Shown here in pieces: positions 6,901 through 15,772 of a DNA stretch of 24,001 nucleotides (its first letter is position 1; every line of letters begins with the position of its first letter). The notes under the pieces were generated by a model, which had not been told where the DNA came from, ran no database searches, and worked only from the letters and a program-made list of their open reading frames with translations. The stretch spans positions 1 to 24,001 of IMG/VR virus record IMGVR_UViG_3300012953_000227, one strand, 5' to 3'. The position numbers and the translations under genes were made by a program. This DNA is from a virus. Its lineage: Duplodnaviria > Caudoviricetes.

Positions 6901-8506
6901 CTTCTTCTTTTCCTTCACGAACCGCTACTTGAACTTCATCATGAACCCAAGCACTAAACACATAATCTGCGCCCCAACCATGCGAAAAGCCCTGTGTTTT
7001 CAAGTCTTTACGCGCGTTTATGAGCCATTGTTTAGATATAACGGCTCCCGCACTTTGCAATAAAATGTTGAGTGCACTATGCGAACTGCGTGGGAAGAGC
7101 TTGCGCTCGTCTAGGCCAAGTAAGTGGTTTTGTGTTTCGAATTTTTCTATTACGGCGTTTCTAAGTTGTTTAATTGCAGGCATGCTAGCGAAGAATTTTT
7201 CGCGTATTGCCTTGCCCGCATCTCGACCTTTGCCAATAACTTCACCTAGCTTTGCATCGCCTGCGCCGTAAATAAGCGAATAAATAAATGTCTTCGCACT
7301 ATCACGAGTTGGCAAGCCTGCTGCTTCTTGGTTGCTAGTGTGAATGTCGCCGGTTAGCACGGCTTTTGTATATGCTCCATTGTCCCAATGGCTTGCATAA
7401 TGTGCCAAGCATCTGAGTTCGAGACCAGACAGGTCAACACCGACGAGTCGCCAACCAGCGGGCACGGTAAAGCAGCTGCGAATTTCTTTGCCGAACGGCA
7501 ACCGCATGCTTGGCACCTGTGCCATGTTTGGTCCGAAATGAGTTGCTCGTCCAGAGACTGCACCATTTGGTATGTACCTTCCTCGAAGTAAGTTGTTTTT
7601 GTCGACCAGCTTTAAATAGCCTTGGTCGCCGTCTGCCAACATTGCTAAACGTTTTTCCAACATGAAATATTCGGAAAGCATCTGTGCTTCCGGATAATCA
7701 AGATCGTTGAGTATGTTCTCATCAATTTTTGGACTGCCTTTTGGCGTTAAATGCTTCGGCTTCCAATTGTATTTGTTAATGAGTGCATCAGCGATTTGCT
7801 GCCGTGATGACGGATTAAACGGTATTACTTTCGTTTTAGTTTTTAGTTGAATAACTTTTGGTTCAAACGTCTCAGCCATTTTATTGCTGATCTCGTCGCG
7901 CTTTTGGCTTAATTCCCCGTAAAGTTCTGCGGCTGCTTTTTTGTCAAATACAAAACCTGTTTCTTCGATGTCCGCACAAACATAAGCAATGTCATGTTCG
8001 ACGCGCAGCGCATGTTTCGCAGGCTGTTTTTCAATTAAGTTATCGTACAACTTGCGAGTAACGACTACGTCCTGCTCCATATATTTGAGCATGTCTTCGT
8101 TGTACTCTTCAAAGCCGCCTTCATATTCATCTTTATATTCTGATAGCCTATGGCCCCATGCTTTCAAACTATGGCTTCCATACAGCTTCAGAGGCATGCC
8201 GTCATGCCGATCTATAAAGTCTTTGTCTTTCAAGCCTGAATAAACAAGGCGCGAAATAACTAGTGTGTCGATCACATTTTTTTCGACAAAATCAGGATAA
8301 ATTTTCTTAATAGCTTTTAAGTCAAAGCCGATGATGTTGTGGCCGATAAGCACATCAGCATTTGCTAACGTGTTAATAGCTTCATCTATTTCGTCTGGCT
8401 TGTAGCTTTTAGTAAAATCCGAGTCTAAATCTTGTACGGCAATGCAATGGATTTTTGTCATTGAGTCGACAAAATTGTCTGTCTCAATGTCGAAAACTAA
8501 TCTCAT
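6788..8506 (-). CDS. family A DNA polymerase, T7 gp5-like
   Basis: Exonuclease motifs FDIET and HNIIGFD; polymerase motifs DLSGLELR, RDSAKTFIYSLIYGAG, VHDEVQ. Confidence 0.96.
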   Translation of the reverse strand: MRLVFDIETDNFVDSMTKIHCIAVQDLDSDFTKSYKPDEIDEAINTLANADVLIGHNIIGFDLKAIKKIYPDFVEKNVIDTLVISRLVYSGLKDKDFIDRHDGMPLKLYGSHSLKAWGHRLSEYKDEYEGGFEEYNEDMLKYMEQDVVVTRKLYDNLIEKQPAKHALRVEHDIAYVCADIEETGFVFDKKAAAELYGELSQKRDEISNKMAETFEPKVIQLKTKTKVIPFNPSSRQQIADALINKYNWKPKHLTPKGSPKIDENILNDLDYPEAQMLSEYFMLEKRLAMLADGDQGYLKLVDKNNLLRGRYIPNGAVSGRATHFGPNMAQVPSMRLPFGKEIRSCFTVPAGWRLVGVDLSGLELRCLAHYASHWDNGAYTKAVLTGDIHTSNQEAAGLPTRDSAKTFIYSLIYGAGDAKLGEVIGKGRDAGKAIREKFFASMPAIKQLRNAVIEKFETQNHLLGLDERKLFPRSSHSALNILLQSAGAVISKQWLINARKDLKTQGFSHGWGADYVFSAWVHDEVQVAVREGKEEDVGNIIRRSAQKAGEDFEFRCRIDADFSVGRSWATTH

Positions 8507-8517
8507 GATGCTCTCCG

Positions 8518-10140
8518 TTAAAATGGTACGGAGTCATCGAACACATATTCTCGCAAACGACCTGTGTCTTGGCTGTAAGTAAGCTCTGTGCCGACGCCAG
8601 TGTCGCCTGTAAATCTGTTTTTAACGACGCGTACTATTGTTCTGTTTTTTTCGTTTGATTGTTGGTCGCGTTCTAAAGCAATAACAAGGTCTGATAACTG
8701 ACCAATGCTATGACTGCCTCGGAGGCTGTTTAAAGACACCTGAAGACCATCCTCAAAGCCTTTATTGCCTTCAGGTCGCCTCAGATGACTCACTAACAGC
8801 AGGCCCACCCCTGTCTCTTCAACAAGTGTGCGCAGCCGTGTCATGCAAACATCGATAGCTTTGCGCTCATCGGCTATGTCTAGCCCACTTACTACAATCG
8901 AAATGTGGTCAAGTATGATCCATTTGCAATCGAGACCTTTAGCAAGATAACGGATCTTATTAATTATGTTATCAATACTGCAGCTGCCAAAACTATCGTA
9001 AAAATAGCAGTTTTCGTTTTTGAAAACTTTATTAAAGGCAGCTTTAAGTTCCTTGTCTTCGACCTTGTGTTCCTGCGTGTGGAGCAGCTTATTGAGTTCA
9101 ATGCCAATAAGTCCCAACGCAGATCGTTTGACGCTTTCTTCAAGTGCAATATATCCAACTTTTTCTCCGTGTGTTAGAAGATGGTGAGCGCATTCACGGA
9201 CGAAGGCGGACTTGCCAATCCCAGATCCTGCCGTGACCGTTACTAATTCGCCCTGTCGCAAGCCTCTTGTTATGTTATTTAGCTTGTCGAAAGGGTACTC
9301 GATGCAAGGCGCTGCTTCCTTGCTGCTCACCACTTCCCATGTATTATTGGCAGCGATTATGCCGTCTGGTCTGTACTGCGGTGCGTTCCACGCGGCAGTG
9401 ACCAGATCTTTAATACGACCGGCTTTAAGCATGTCGTTAGCATCTTTAAGTTCGAAACTAGCGATGTGTGCTTTGCCAGGTTCGAGCACTTCGGCGCACT
9501 CTTTTGCAGCAGTGCGCCCAGGCTCGTCGTTGTCAAACATGAAGACAACTTCATTAAACCGTTGCAGCCATTCTAGTTCACGCCTCACAGCCTTAGCTGC
9601 ACTTTGGGCGCCCCCTGGAACACTTACAACAGGCCATTTATTACCTAAAACTTGGCTTAGGCTCATGGCATCTATTTCGCCTTCACAGACAAAAAGTCTT
9701 TTACCTTTGTTTTGAATTTGCTGACCGAAGAAAGGCAAATTTGTGCCATCTCCGACAATTGAGAAGTCTTTGTTTTGACCACGCGTTTTGACAGCAACCA
9801 TTTTTCCGTTACGGTAATAAGGCGCGAGATGTCTTGACGCACCCACTCGATAGCCAAAGTGACGGGCTGTATCTGCCGTAACACCTCTTGCTTTAAGCGG
9901 GCGCGTTTCCCCTTGCGCGTATAAGTTTTCGTGCTGCGTACTACTCGTTTTCTGTATATCTTCGAACATAGTGCCTTCGCATATTTGTTGTGCTTCATCT
10001 TCGTTCCCTCTGTATGTGTGACAAGAAAAACAGTAAGTGTGACCGTCCGAATACAAAGAATTTGCGTCGCTGCTACCGCACGCTTCACATGGAACGTGTT
10101 TCAAAAAATGCGTCGTCGATGAATCCTGTGTTTCCGTCAT
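8518..10140 (-). CDS. primase-helicase, T7 gp4-like
   Basis: Zn ribbon CEACGSSD...CFSC, TOPRIM EGEIDA/FDNDEPG, Walker A AGSGIGKS, LDHIS, LRGS, KNRFTG. Confidence 0.96.
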   Translation of the reverse strand: MTETQDSSTTHFLKHVPCEACGSSDANSLYSDGHTYCFSCHTYRGNEDEAQQICEGTMFEDIQKTSSTQHENLYAQGETRPLKARGVTADTARHFGYRVGASRHLAPYYRNGKMVAVKTRGQNKDFSIVGDGTNLPFFGQQIQNKGKRLFVCEGEIDAMSLSQVLGNKWPVVSVPGGAQSAAKAVRRELEWLQRFNEVVFMFDNDEPGRTAAKECAEVLEPGKAHIASFELKDANDMLKAGRIKDLVTAAWNAPQYRPDGIIAANNTWEVVSSKEAAPCIEYPFDKLNNITRGLRQGELVTVTAGSGIGKSAFVRECAHHLLTHGEKVGYIALEESVKRSALGLIGIELNKLLHTQEHKVEDKELKAAFNKVFKNENCYFYDSFGSCSIDNIINKIRYLAKGLDCKWIILDHISIVVSGLDIADERKAIDVCMTRLRTLVEETGVGLLLVSHLRRPEGNKGFEDGLQVSLNSLRGSHSIGQLSDLVIALERDQQSNEKNRTIVRVVKNRFTGDTGVGTELTYSQDTGRLREYVFDDSVPF

Positions 10141-10486
10141 GATCTGGTGCTCTCCAATCTTCGGGCTTTATTAAATCCCAACCTCCAGTGTCTGGACGTG
10201 TAGGTTTAATGCCTCTTATTTTTGACATGTTTGCATCGTGCACTTCGTCCCACGCCTGCTGTATATCAACGCCGGCAATGGCGAGTGTGCCTAAAGCAAA
10301 AACTGTTAAATCGATAAGTGCGTCTACGGCTTCTTCTGGGTTGCCAAATTCTAAGGCGCTTTCATATTCGCCTAATTCTTCTTTCATCATGTCGTAACGC
10401 AAATGCAGCTTGTCGAGTGTTAGTTTTTCTTTTTGAAAACCGTATTTAGCTTGCAGCGCGTAAATGTCAGCTACTATCGTGCTCAT
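10085..10486 (-). CDS. MazG-like all-alpha dNTP pyrophosphatase (DR2231/PRA-PH type), candidate dCTPase/dUTPase
   Basis: EELGE...EAVDALID metal-binding motif, VHDANMSK, KPEDW. Confidence 0.85.
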   Translation of the reverse strand: MSTIVADIYALQAKYGFQKEKLTLDKLHLRYDMMKEELGEYESALEFGNPEEAVDALIDLTVFALGTLAIAGVDIQQAWDEVHDANMSKIRGIKPTRPDTGGWDLIKPEDWRAPDHDGNTGFIDDAFFETRSM

Positions 10487-10961
10487 TGTTCACTCCGTTT
10501 ATTGTTTTTATAAATTCGCGAGAATCTTGTTGACGGTAGTCATATGTCCACCATTTGCCGTATTTGCCTGTGGCTACGTGCGACTGATAAAGCTCTGATA
10601 AGCCATCAACTGTTTCAAACATTTCAGCCCGTTTTATTTTGTTGTATTCTTCGTGCGGATCAGCTGTGCATAAAATCAACGTAGGATTGTAAGCTGCAAT
10701 AATTTCGCTCATTAATTCTTTTGTGTCGTATGACGGACCACCACGAAAGCGCGATCCATAAACAGCTTCGCTTAAGCATAGCCTATCAATCACACAAGGA
10801 ACGTTCGCGATTTGTTCTAATTTCCCTGCCGTATGAGCAATAAGTCTATGGTACGTTTCAATGTCCCATCGATCACCATAAGAACAGTGAAAATACTGAC
10901 CGCCAAATTTTTTTGCTAAAGTCGTTTTACCAGTGCAGTCTGGACCTTCGATAATAATCAT
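10467..10961 (-). CDS. P-loop deoxynucleoside monophosphate kinase (dTMP kinase-like)
   Basis: IIIEGPDCTGKTT Walker A; IDR..LSE.VYG motif. Confidence 0.85.
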   Translation of the reverse strand: MIIIEGPDCTGKTTLAKKFGGQYFHCSYGDRWDIETYHRLIAHTAGKLEQIANVPCVIDRLCLSEAVYGSRFRGGPSYDTKELMSEIIAAYNPTLILCTADPHEEYNKIKRAEMFETVDGLSELYQSHVATGKYGKWWTYDYRQQDSREFIKTINGVNNEHDSS

Positions 10962-11728
10962 TGTAAATCAGCTGCAGCGGCGTCCAAATTACTTATAAAA
11001 ATATTTGGGTGTACTGTGTCGCGCGCCGCATTGAGTGCTGCCTCTGCTTCATTATTGTTGTTTTGAGGTGCCTTTATCCATAGTGCGGCGTCTTCATAAT
11101 GCCGCTCATAAATATGCATCGATCCAGCTCTTACATAAAGCCGACCAAGACGAACACCAATGTCGTGGTGCGTCCAGAGTAACATTTGCATATGATAGGC
11201 TAGTGTAGAAAACGTAAAGATGTCGTAAGGCATGCCGAAAACAACGTCTTGGCTGCGCATGTTGACTAATACGTTTAATTTACCTGCTCGAATTATAAAC
11301 TGAACACCGCACGTACACGGTATGTCAGCAGACTCGCCAGGGCGCTCTCGCCAAATGTTGATATAAGCTCTGCGCGAGTCTTTATCGTTAGCTAGCTCGG
11401 CGGCTGCCCAGCTAATTTGGTCAATTACTTTTGGACCATAAGCGCCATTGTATGTGTATTTATCGTCTGAATATTTGCCGTAGTCTCGCAAATATTTAGT
11501 TATGTAATCGTAGTTGTTTGAACCGCTATTGATCCAGTGTGCTTCTGCGAACATAAATGAATAATTTAATTTACGTTCTTCAATACCTATTATTGGTTTT
11601 TCCAAATCGGTTCTGTAGTTGTAACCGAGGACTTCACGCACCTCAAAACCTCTAGGCTTTGATATGTGCTCATATTGCTGCAGCGTCTGCATGAGCGCTC
11701 GCTGCCATACCGTGTTTGTATTTATCAT
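10958..11728 (-). CDS. thymidylate synthase-fold enzyme, T4 gp42-like dCMP hydroxymethylase/methylase
   Basis: GAYG, DSRRA, catalytic PCT, VNMRSQDVVFGMPYD with Asp at the specificity position, GSMHIYERH. Confidence 0.85.
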   Translation of the reverse strand: MINTNTVWQRALMQTLQQYEHISKPRGFEVREVLGYNYRTDLEKPIIGIEERKLNYSFMFAEAHWINSGSNNYDYITKYLRDYGKYSDDKYTYNGAYGPKVIDQISWAAAELANDKDSRRAYINIWRERPGESADIPCTCGVQFIIRAGKLNVLVNMRSQDVVFGMPYDIFTFSTLAYHMQMLLWTHHDIGVRLGRLYVRAGSMHIYERHYEDAALWIKAPQNNNNEAEAALNAARDTVHPNIFISNLDAAAADLQ

Positions 11729-11742
11729 TATTATTATTAAAG

Positions 11743-11770
11743 AAAAAAGGGACCGGCCTAAGCCGATCCC
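11743..11770 (-). terminator. intrinsic terminator
   Basis: Minus strand GGGATCGGC-TTAG-GCCGGTCCC followed by T6. Confidence 0.85.
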
Positions 11771-11784
11771 TTGCGCTTCTCTCC

Positions 11785-11979
11785 TTACGCTAAAAAGTAT
11801 TCGCTATATCTGGTACCACGAGTGTCAACTCTTTCGTTGCGTTTGATGTCCATGCCACGCTGACGTAATTTGCTAATCATAGCTGTCAGGTTTTGAACAT
11901 CGAACTCGTGCATCGCAATAATACGCGTTACCTTTTTACCTCGTTTAAGGTGGTCAACTAGGTTGTTCGTTTTCTTCAT
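11785..11979 (-). CDS. small winged helix-turn-helix protein
   Basis: HLKRGKKVT...A...F....L...IS.LR..G..I...Y pattern; basic, 64 aa. Confidence 0.75.
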   Translation of the reverse strand: MKKTNNLVDHLKRGKKVTRIIAMHEFDVQNLTAMISKLRQRGMDIKRNERVDTRGTRYSEYFLA

Positions 11980-12376
11980 TTAACCATTCCTTTGGAATTA
12001 ATTTATCTGAGTACTTAAATCCGTAACGGCTACACCAATCGGCATAGGTTGTTTTAGAGCCTTTATTTATTTTTGAGCTGCTGCGAGTAAACACAAAACG
12101 TATGTCTAGTTCTGGGTTTTGCTCTTTAACCAGGCGCATTTTGCGTCGATCTTCTGACGTAAATCTGCCTTTGCACTCAACAATAATTCGATTAGGCAAA
12201 ATAAAATCCGGTATGTATTTTGCGTCAATGCAGTATGAGATCTTTTGCGTCTCATATTCGAAGTCTATACCGGCTTCTACCAATTGCTCTGCAACGTTAG
12301 CCTCTAAGCCCGATCTGTAGCCGTTCGCAAATTTAATAAACTTAAAAGTCTGCGAATGGGTCGTCGGTTTGCTCAT
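11954..12376 (-). CDS. endonuclease I / Holliday junction resolvase, T7 gp3-like
   Basis: GYRSGLE, YIPDF.LPN.IIVECKGRF...DRRK, LDIRFVF, KGSKTTYADWC; ATG 12376 preferred as start. Confidence 0.95.
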   Translation of the reverse strand: MSKPTTHSQTFKFIKFANGYRSGLEANVAEQLVEAGIDFEYETQKISYCIDAKYIPDFILPNRIIVECKGRFTSEDRRKMRLVKEQNPELDIRFVFTRSSSKINKGSKTTYADWCSRYGFKYSDKLIPKEWLNEENEQPS

Positions 12377-12869
12377 CGCTTCCGTTAACCTGTTGCTCAG
12401 TGTGTACGTATCCACCGTCTTCAGCTGAAAACGCATTTGATCCGAACTCTACTAAGTCTATAACTTGCACTGCATTTAAGTACATTGTGACACCTGTGTT
12501 GCCGCCTGCGCTGTACGTAGACAGCACACCTGCAACTTTAATTGTCGACCCAGTGCCAACGTTAAGGTTGCCCTTAATCACTTGGCCTTGGCTATCGAAC
12601 AAGGCTGGTTTATTACTTGATTTAGCTCTAAACCGTACTCCGCCGCTTTCTTCATCGACGGAAAAAGGCCACTTAGCAGCCTTGATACTTGTTTCTCCAA
12701 ACTCGTCAAGAAACAATTCCTTGCACTTTGTCATGAGATCTTTTGCATCGTCTTTAGAAAATAAAATATCTGTTTTGTATTTTCCGTTGTCATCAAACTT
12801 GGTGTCAGGATTGATGAGCCAAGGCCACTGTGCCGTGCCTTTTGGCGTAACAATTTGAGTTTTACTCAT
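12342..12869 (-). CDS. single-stranded DNA-binding protein, T7 gp2.5-like
   Basis: TPKG.A.WP.L..PDTKF...G.YK, AVQVIDLVEF, acidic tail ending in Phe. Confidence 0.92.
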   Translation of the reverse strand: MSKTQIVTPKGTAQWPWLINPDTKFDDNGKYKTDILFSKDDAKDLMTKCKELFLDEFGETSIKAAKWPFSVDEESGGVRFRAKSSNKPALFDSQGQVIKGNLNVGTGSTIKVAGVLSTYSAGGNTGVTMYLNAVQVIDLVEFGSNAFSAEDGGYVHTEQQVNGSDEQTDDPFADF

Positions 12870-12889
12870 TTGCCTACCTTTTTTTATTG

Positions 12890-13057
12890 TTATTGTAAGT
12901 CACAACGAGTCACAGAACTTGCTGCCTCGCTGAACAGATCGGAGAGGAGAACCCCGTACCTGTCCAGCTCGGCTAACAAATCAAGTGGAATCGCTGCATT
13001 TTCGTGAATTAGGCGAACAGCCTTATTGATGAGCTGCTCGCGCTCATCTTGAAACAT
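12890..13057 (-). CDS. hypothetical protein (55 aa)
   Basis: AAGGA RBS; MFQDEREQLINKAVRLIHENAAIPLDLLAELDRYGVLLSDLFSEAASSVTRCDLQ fills the RNAP-SSB gap. Not in the ORF track. Confidence 0.7.
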   Translation of the reverse strand: MFQDEREQLINKAVRLIHENAAIPLDLLAELDRYGVLLSDLFSEAASSVTRCDLQ

Positions 13058-13078
13058 TAGCTTTCCTTTGTTTTGTTT

Positions 13079-15574
13079 TTAGCTAAATGCGTATTTGCTT
13101 CGTATTACTTCCCCAATGTCCAAATCGCCTTTTTGAGGTGGCATTGTTAATTTATCGGTGGCATCACTAGCTACTGCTTGAAAACATCCATCGTACAAAT
13201 CTTGGAAAACATCGTATTGCTCGTACATAGCAACAAACTGTTCACGAATAACGTGACCAAATTGTGCTGTTTCGTTGCAATGCGTAGCAAAACTATCGTG
13301 GATCAACATAAAATCATTTATGCCGTGATCCTCGTGTGCCGCTAACACGCTGTACATTAAGTGCGAGGCGTCTAGCGAATGGATAAAATTTGGCGCAGCA
13401 GCATTGCGTTGCTTCGTTTTATCAATCTTACCTGTAGGCTTACTTCGTAAATTAAGCATGATGCAATTGTAGACGTCGCCGTCTTTGTTGACCTTGCTAT
13501 TTTTACTTGCTTCCGAAGGAATAATGTCCTTGTCGTATAAAAATATACGTACCCTGTTTATGTCCCACGTTTCATAGTGGTGCACGACAGGTAAGCCTAT
13601 AGGCGAAGTCCATATTAAAGGCTTACGCTCGTGTGCTAGCACTGCAGCGCAATTTTGTATGAACTTCATACCTTCGGCAGCTTTTTCAACAACATCAGTA
13701 ACAGAACGCCATACTCGACCTGCGAGGTAACCTGCTGCTCTTGATCCGTTGTCATCACCGAAAGGATGTGCATCGAGTGTACCTTCAAGAACATCTTTAC
13801 GTAGAGGCTCCATTAAGTCTTCGATAATTTGCTTTCTAAATCCAAACTGCTCGCTTGAGTAAGCAAATGTCATAACATTACGCTTAACAACTTTACGAGT
13901 TACACCATATTGTAACCATTGCTCGGCTTCTGGGTGTTCGAAATCATTGTTAATGGTTTCGTTCACCAAGTCTGCCACTTCTTGGTATACGTCTTGTGGT
14001 TGCTCTTCATCTGTAAGATTTACGAGCCGACCGGCTTGGCGGTCTCTAAGTGCGGCGCTATAGTGTTGCACGCCGCTGTTTGCTCCATCCATCGCTGGAG
14101 GCAAGTGACAAACGTAGTCATCGCCTTCTTCCATATATCGAGCAAATTCCATGCATGCTGCAAGAAAGCAAAACGGTTTATCAGCGTTGTGCCAAAACTT
14201 TTTCGTTAAGCCTGGTTTTCTTGCAATTGCATAAATTAAATTTTGATTTTGGTTTACCCACGCCACGCGTTCATCAAAAGATTTTTTACTAATCTTGTCA
14301 AAATCGCCGCAATTAGCGACATGAACCGCTAGCCAATAAGACCCGTCTGGTCCTAATTTTTTGCCTTTGGCAAACAAGAACAGCGACCTTACAAAGTCTG
14401 CTCGTTGATGGTTGAATGACGGTATAGGATATACACGACCACGAAAATCCAAATTATGAGGCAGATAAAACTTATCGTGCTTCGATAATTCTTTAGCAAT
14501 TTCAATATCAGCACGAAAATTAACCATGTCAGCATCGACTGCACGGTTTTGCAGTATTACTGCTTCTCGTTGTTTTTTAATGTGCTTGCGTTCTTCGTAG
14601 TCAAGGACATCCCAATTATCAGTCTTTTTCTCGACCTTAATTTTTCGTGCTTTTGGAAATTTAGCTATTTTTGCCTGTTCATCGTAACTTTGAATTACAA
14701 CATCAAGAATTTCCGTATTAATCTTAAAAGCTGTGTTTTGAATTAAGTTAAGGGCTTTTAAGACACGATCTAAATTTCCCGAGGCCAAACGACTTTGAAT
14801 CAACGTTTGCTGATCTTTGCTTGCTTTTCGCACCATAGGTACAAGTGAACTTACTCGCGGATCATGATATGCGCCGGTGTCAAAGTCTACCCAAGCCTTC
14901 GGCTTAGCTAACATTGGTCTGAAACACGGATACATCCATTGTGCTTGATCGCCTAAGTCAGCAACTAATCGCTGACCAGTTTCAGTAAGACCTAACGCCT
15001 TTGCAAAATATTGTTTTTTAGGCTTATCATAGATTTCAAATAAGCCTGATCCGCGAATTACTGCGTTAAGTACCGCAGATCCTACGTTGATATTTTGCTC
15101 TGGCTCCCAAATTTCTCTCGGATAACCTTCGCGCCCAGCGACAGCTGACATAGCTTTGAGTCTATGTTTTTGCGAATTATGGTTTTTCGTTGCCATACGG
15201 AAAATTCTTTTAAAAAGAGCTTCGTCTTTTGCTTTTAGATCTAAAGCCCATAGCTCTATGGCAACTTGCTTTCCAATTTGAATACATGTATTCGTTACAT
15301 CTGTGTCTTGACCAATAGCTGTAAATGCTTGGTTTAAGCCTATGTACGCCGACACTCCATTATCTAAAGTCTTAAGCGGATAAAACCAAAATGGTTTTTT
15401 ATTTATTGGTGTTGTAAATGCTAAGTCTTGTTCGATGCATCTACATACCTCTCTCATTGTCGCTGCAGTTAGTTTAGTTTCTACGGATCCTAAGATACCT
15501 GCAGCTTTAATTTGTTCTTGCTGTTTTCGGTACCTTTCCGCACCGTCCTCCAGCATTAGATCTTCAGTCAGCAT
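13079..15574 (-). CDS. single-subunit DNA-directed RNA polymerase, T7 gp1-like
   Basis: DFRGRVY, DGANSGVQH, RKVVKRNVMTFAY, APNFIHSLDASHL, IHDSF and C-terminal YAFS; ATG 15574 follows GGGGG. Confidence 0.97.
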   Translation of the reverse strand: MLTEDLMLEDGAERYRKQQEQIKAAGILGSVETKLTAATMREVCRCIEQDLAFTTPINKKPFWFYPLKTLDNGVSAYIGLNQAFTAIGQDTDVTNTCIQIGKQVAIELWALDLKAKDEALFKRIFRMATKNHNSQKHRLKAMSAVAGREGYPREIWEPEQNINVGSAVLNAVIRGSGLFEIYDKPKKQYFAKALGLTETGQRLVADLGDQAQWMYPCFRPMLAKPKAWVDFDTGAYHDPRVSSLVPMVRKASKDQQTLIQSRLASGNLDRVLKALNLIQNTAFKINTEILDVVIQSYDEQAKIAKFPKARKIKVEKKTDNWDVLDYEERKHIKKQREAVILQNRAVDADMVNFRADIEIAKELSKHDKFYLPHNLDFRGRVYPIPSFNHQRADFVRSLFLFAKGKKLGPDGSYWLAVHVANCGDFDKISKKSFDERVAWVNQNQNLIYAIARKPGLTKKFWHNADKPFCFLAACMEFARYMEEGDDYVCHLPPAMDGANSGVQHYSAALRDRQAGRLVNLTDEEQPQDVYQEVADLVNETINNDFEHPEAEQWLQYGVTRKVVKRNVMTFAYSSEQFGFRKQIIEDLMEPLRKDVLEGTLDAHPFGDDNGSRAAGYLAGRVWRSVTDVVEKAAEGMKFIQNCAAVLAHERKPLIWTSPIGLPVVHHYETWDINRVRIFLYDKDIIPSEASKNSKVNKDGDVYNCIMLNLRSKPTGKIDKTKQRNAAAPNFIHSLDASHLMYSVLAAHEDHGINDFMLIHDSFATHCNETAQFGHVIREQFVAMYEQYDVFQDLYDGCFQAVASDATDKLTMPPQKGDLDIGEVIRSKYAFS

Positions 15575-15635
15575 GTTTGCCCCCAAAATTGAGAATAATG
15601 ACTAGTGTTCACTAAAGAGCGGCTTTTTAGCGCAT

Positions 15636-15665
15636 ACAAAAGCCAGCGGCATATTGACGCCACTG
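15636..15665 (-). terminator. weak terminator-like hairpin between att core and RNAP gene
   Basis: Minus strand CAGTGGCGT-CAAT-ATGCCGCTG followed by GCTTTTGT. Confidence 0.45.
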
Positions 15666-15772
15666 CATCAATTTGTCGTTACTTCGTATATAAATTCAAG
15701 ACTGCACTAAAGCCGATATATAGTGCGACTATCTAGTGGTGTGATCTGAAACTGTCTGATGATAGCGAGAGG

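Noticed and set aside
10958-11728. Ordinary thymidylate synthase ThyA
   Set aside because: It has PCT instead of PCH and Asp instead of Asn at the specificity position, with T4 gp42-like motifs.
12326-12348. CGCAAATTT as a fourth promoter copy
   Set aside because: The downstream half does not match, and it is antisense within overlapping coding sequence.
3165-14746. Numerous plus-strand and alternate-frame ORFs in the track (e.g. 9212-9715, 12400-12858, 5861-6412)
   Set aside because: They are shadows of well-supported genes, with no RBS or recognisable motifs.
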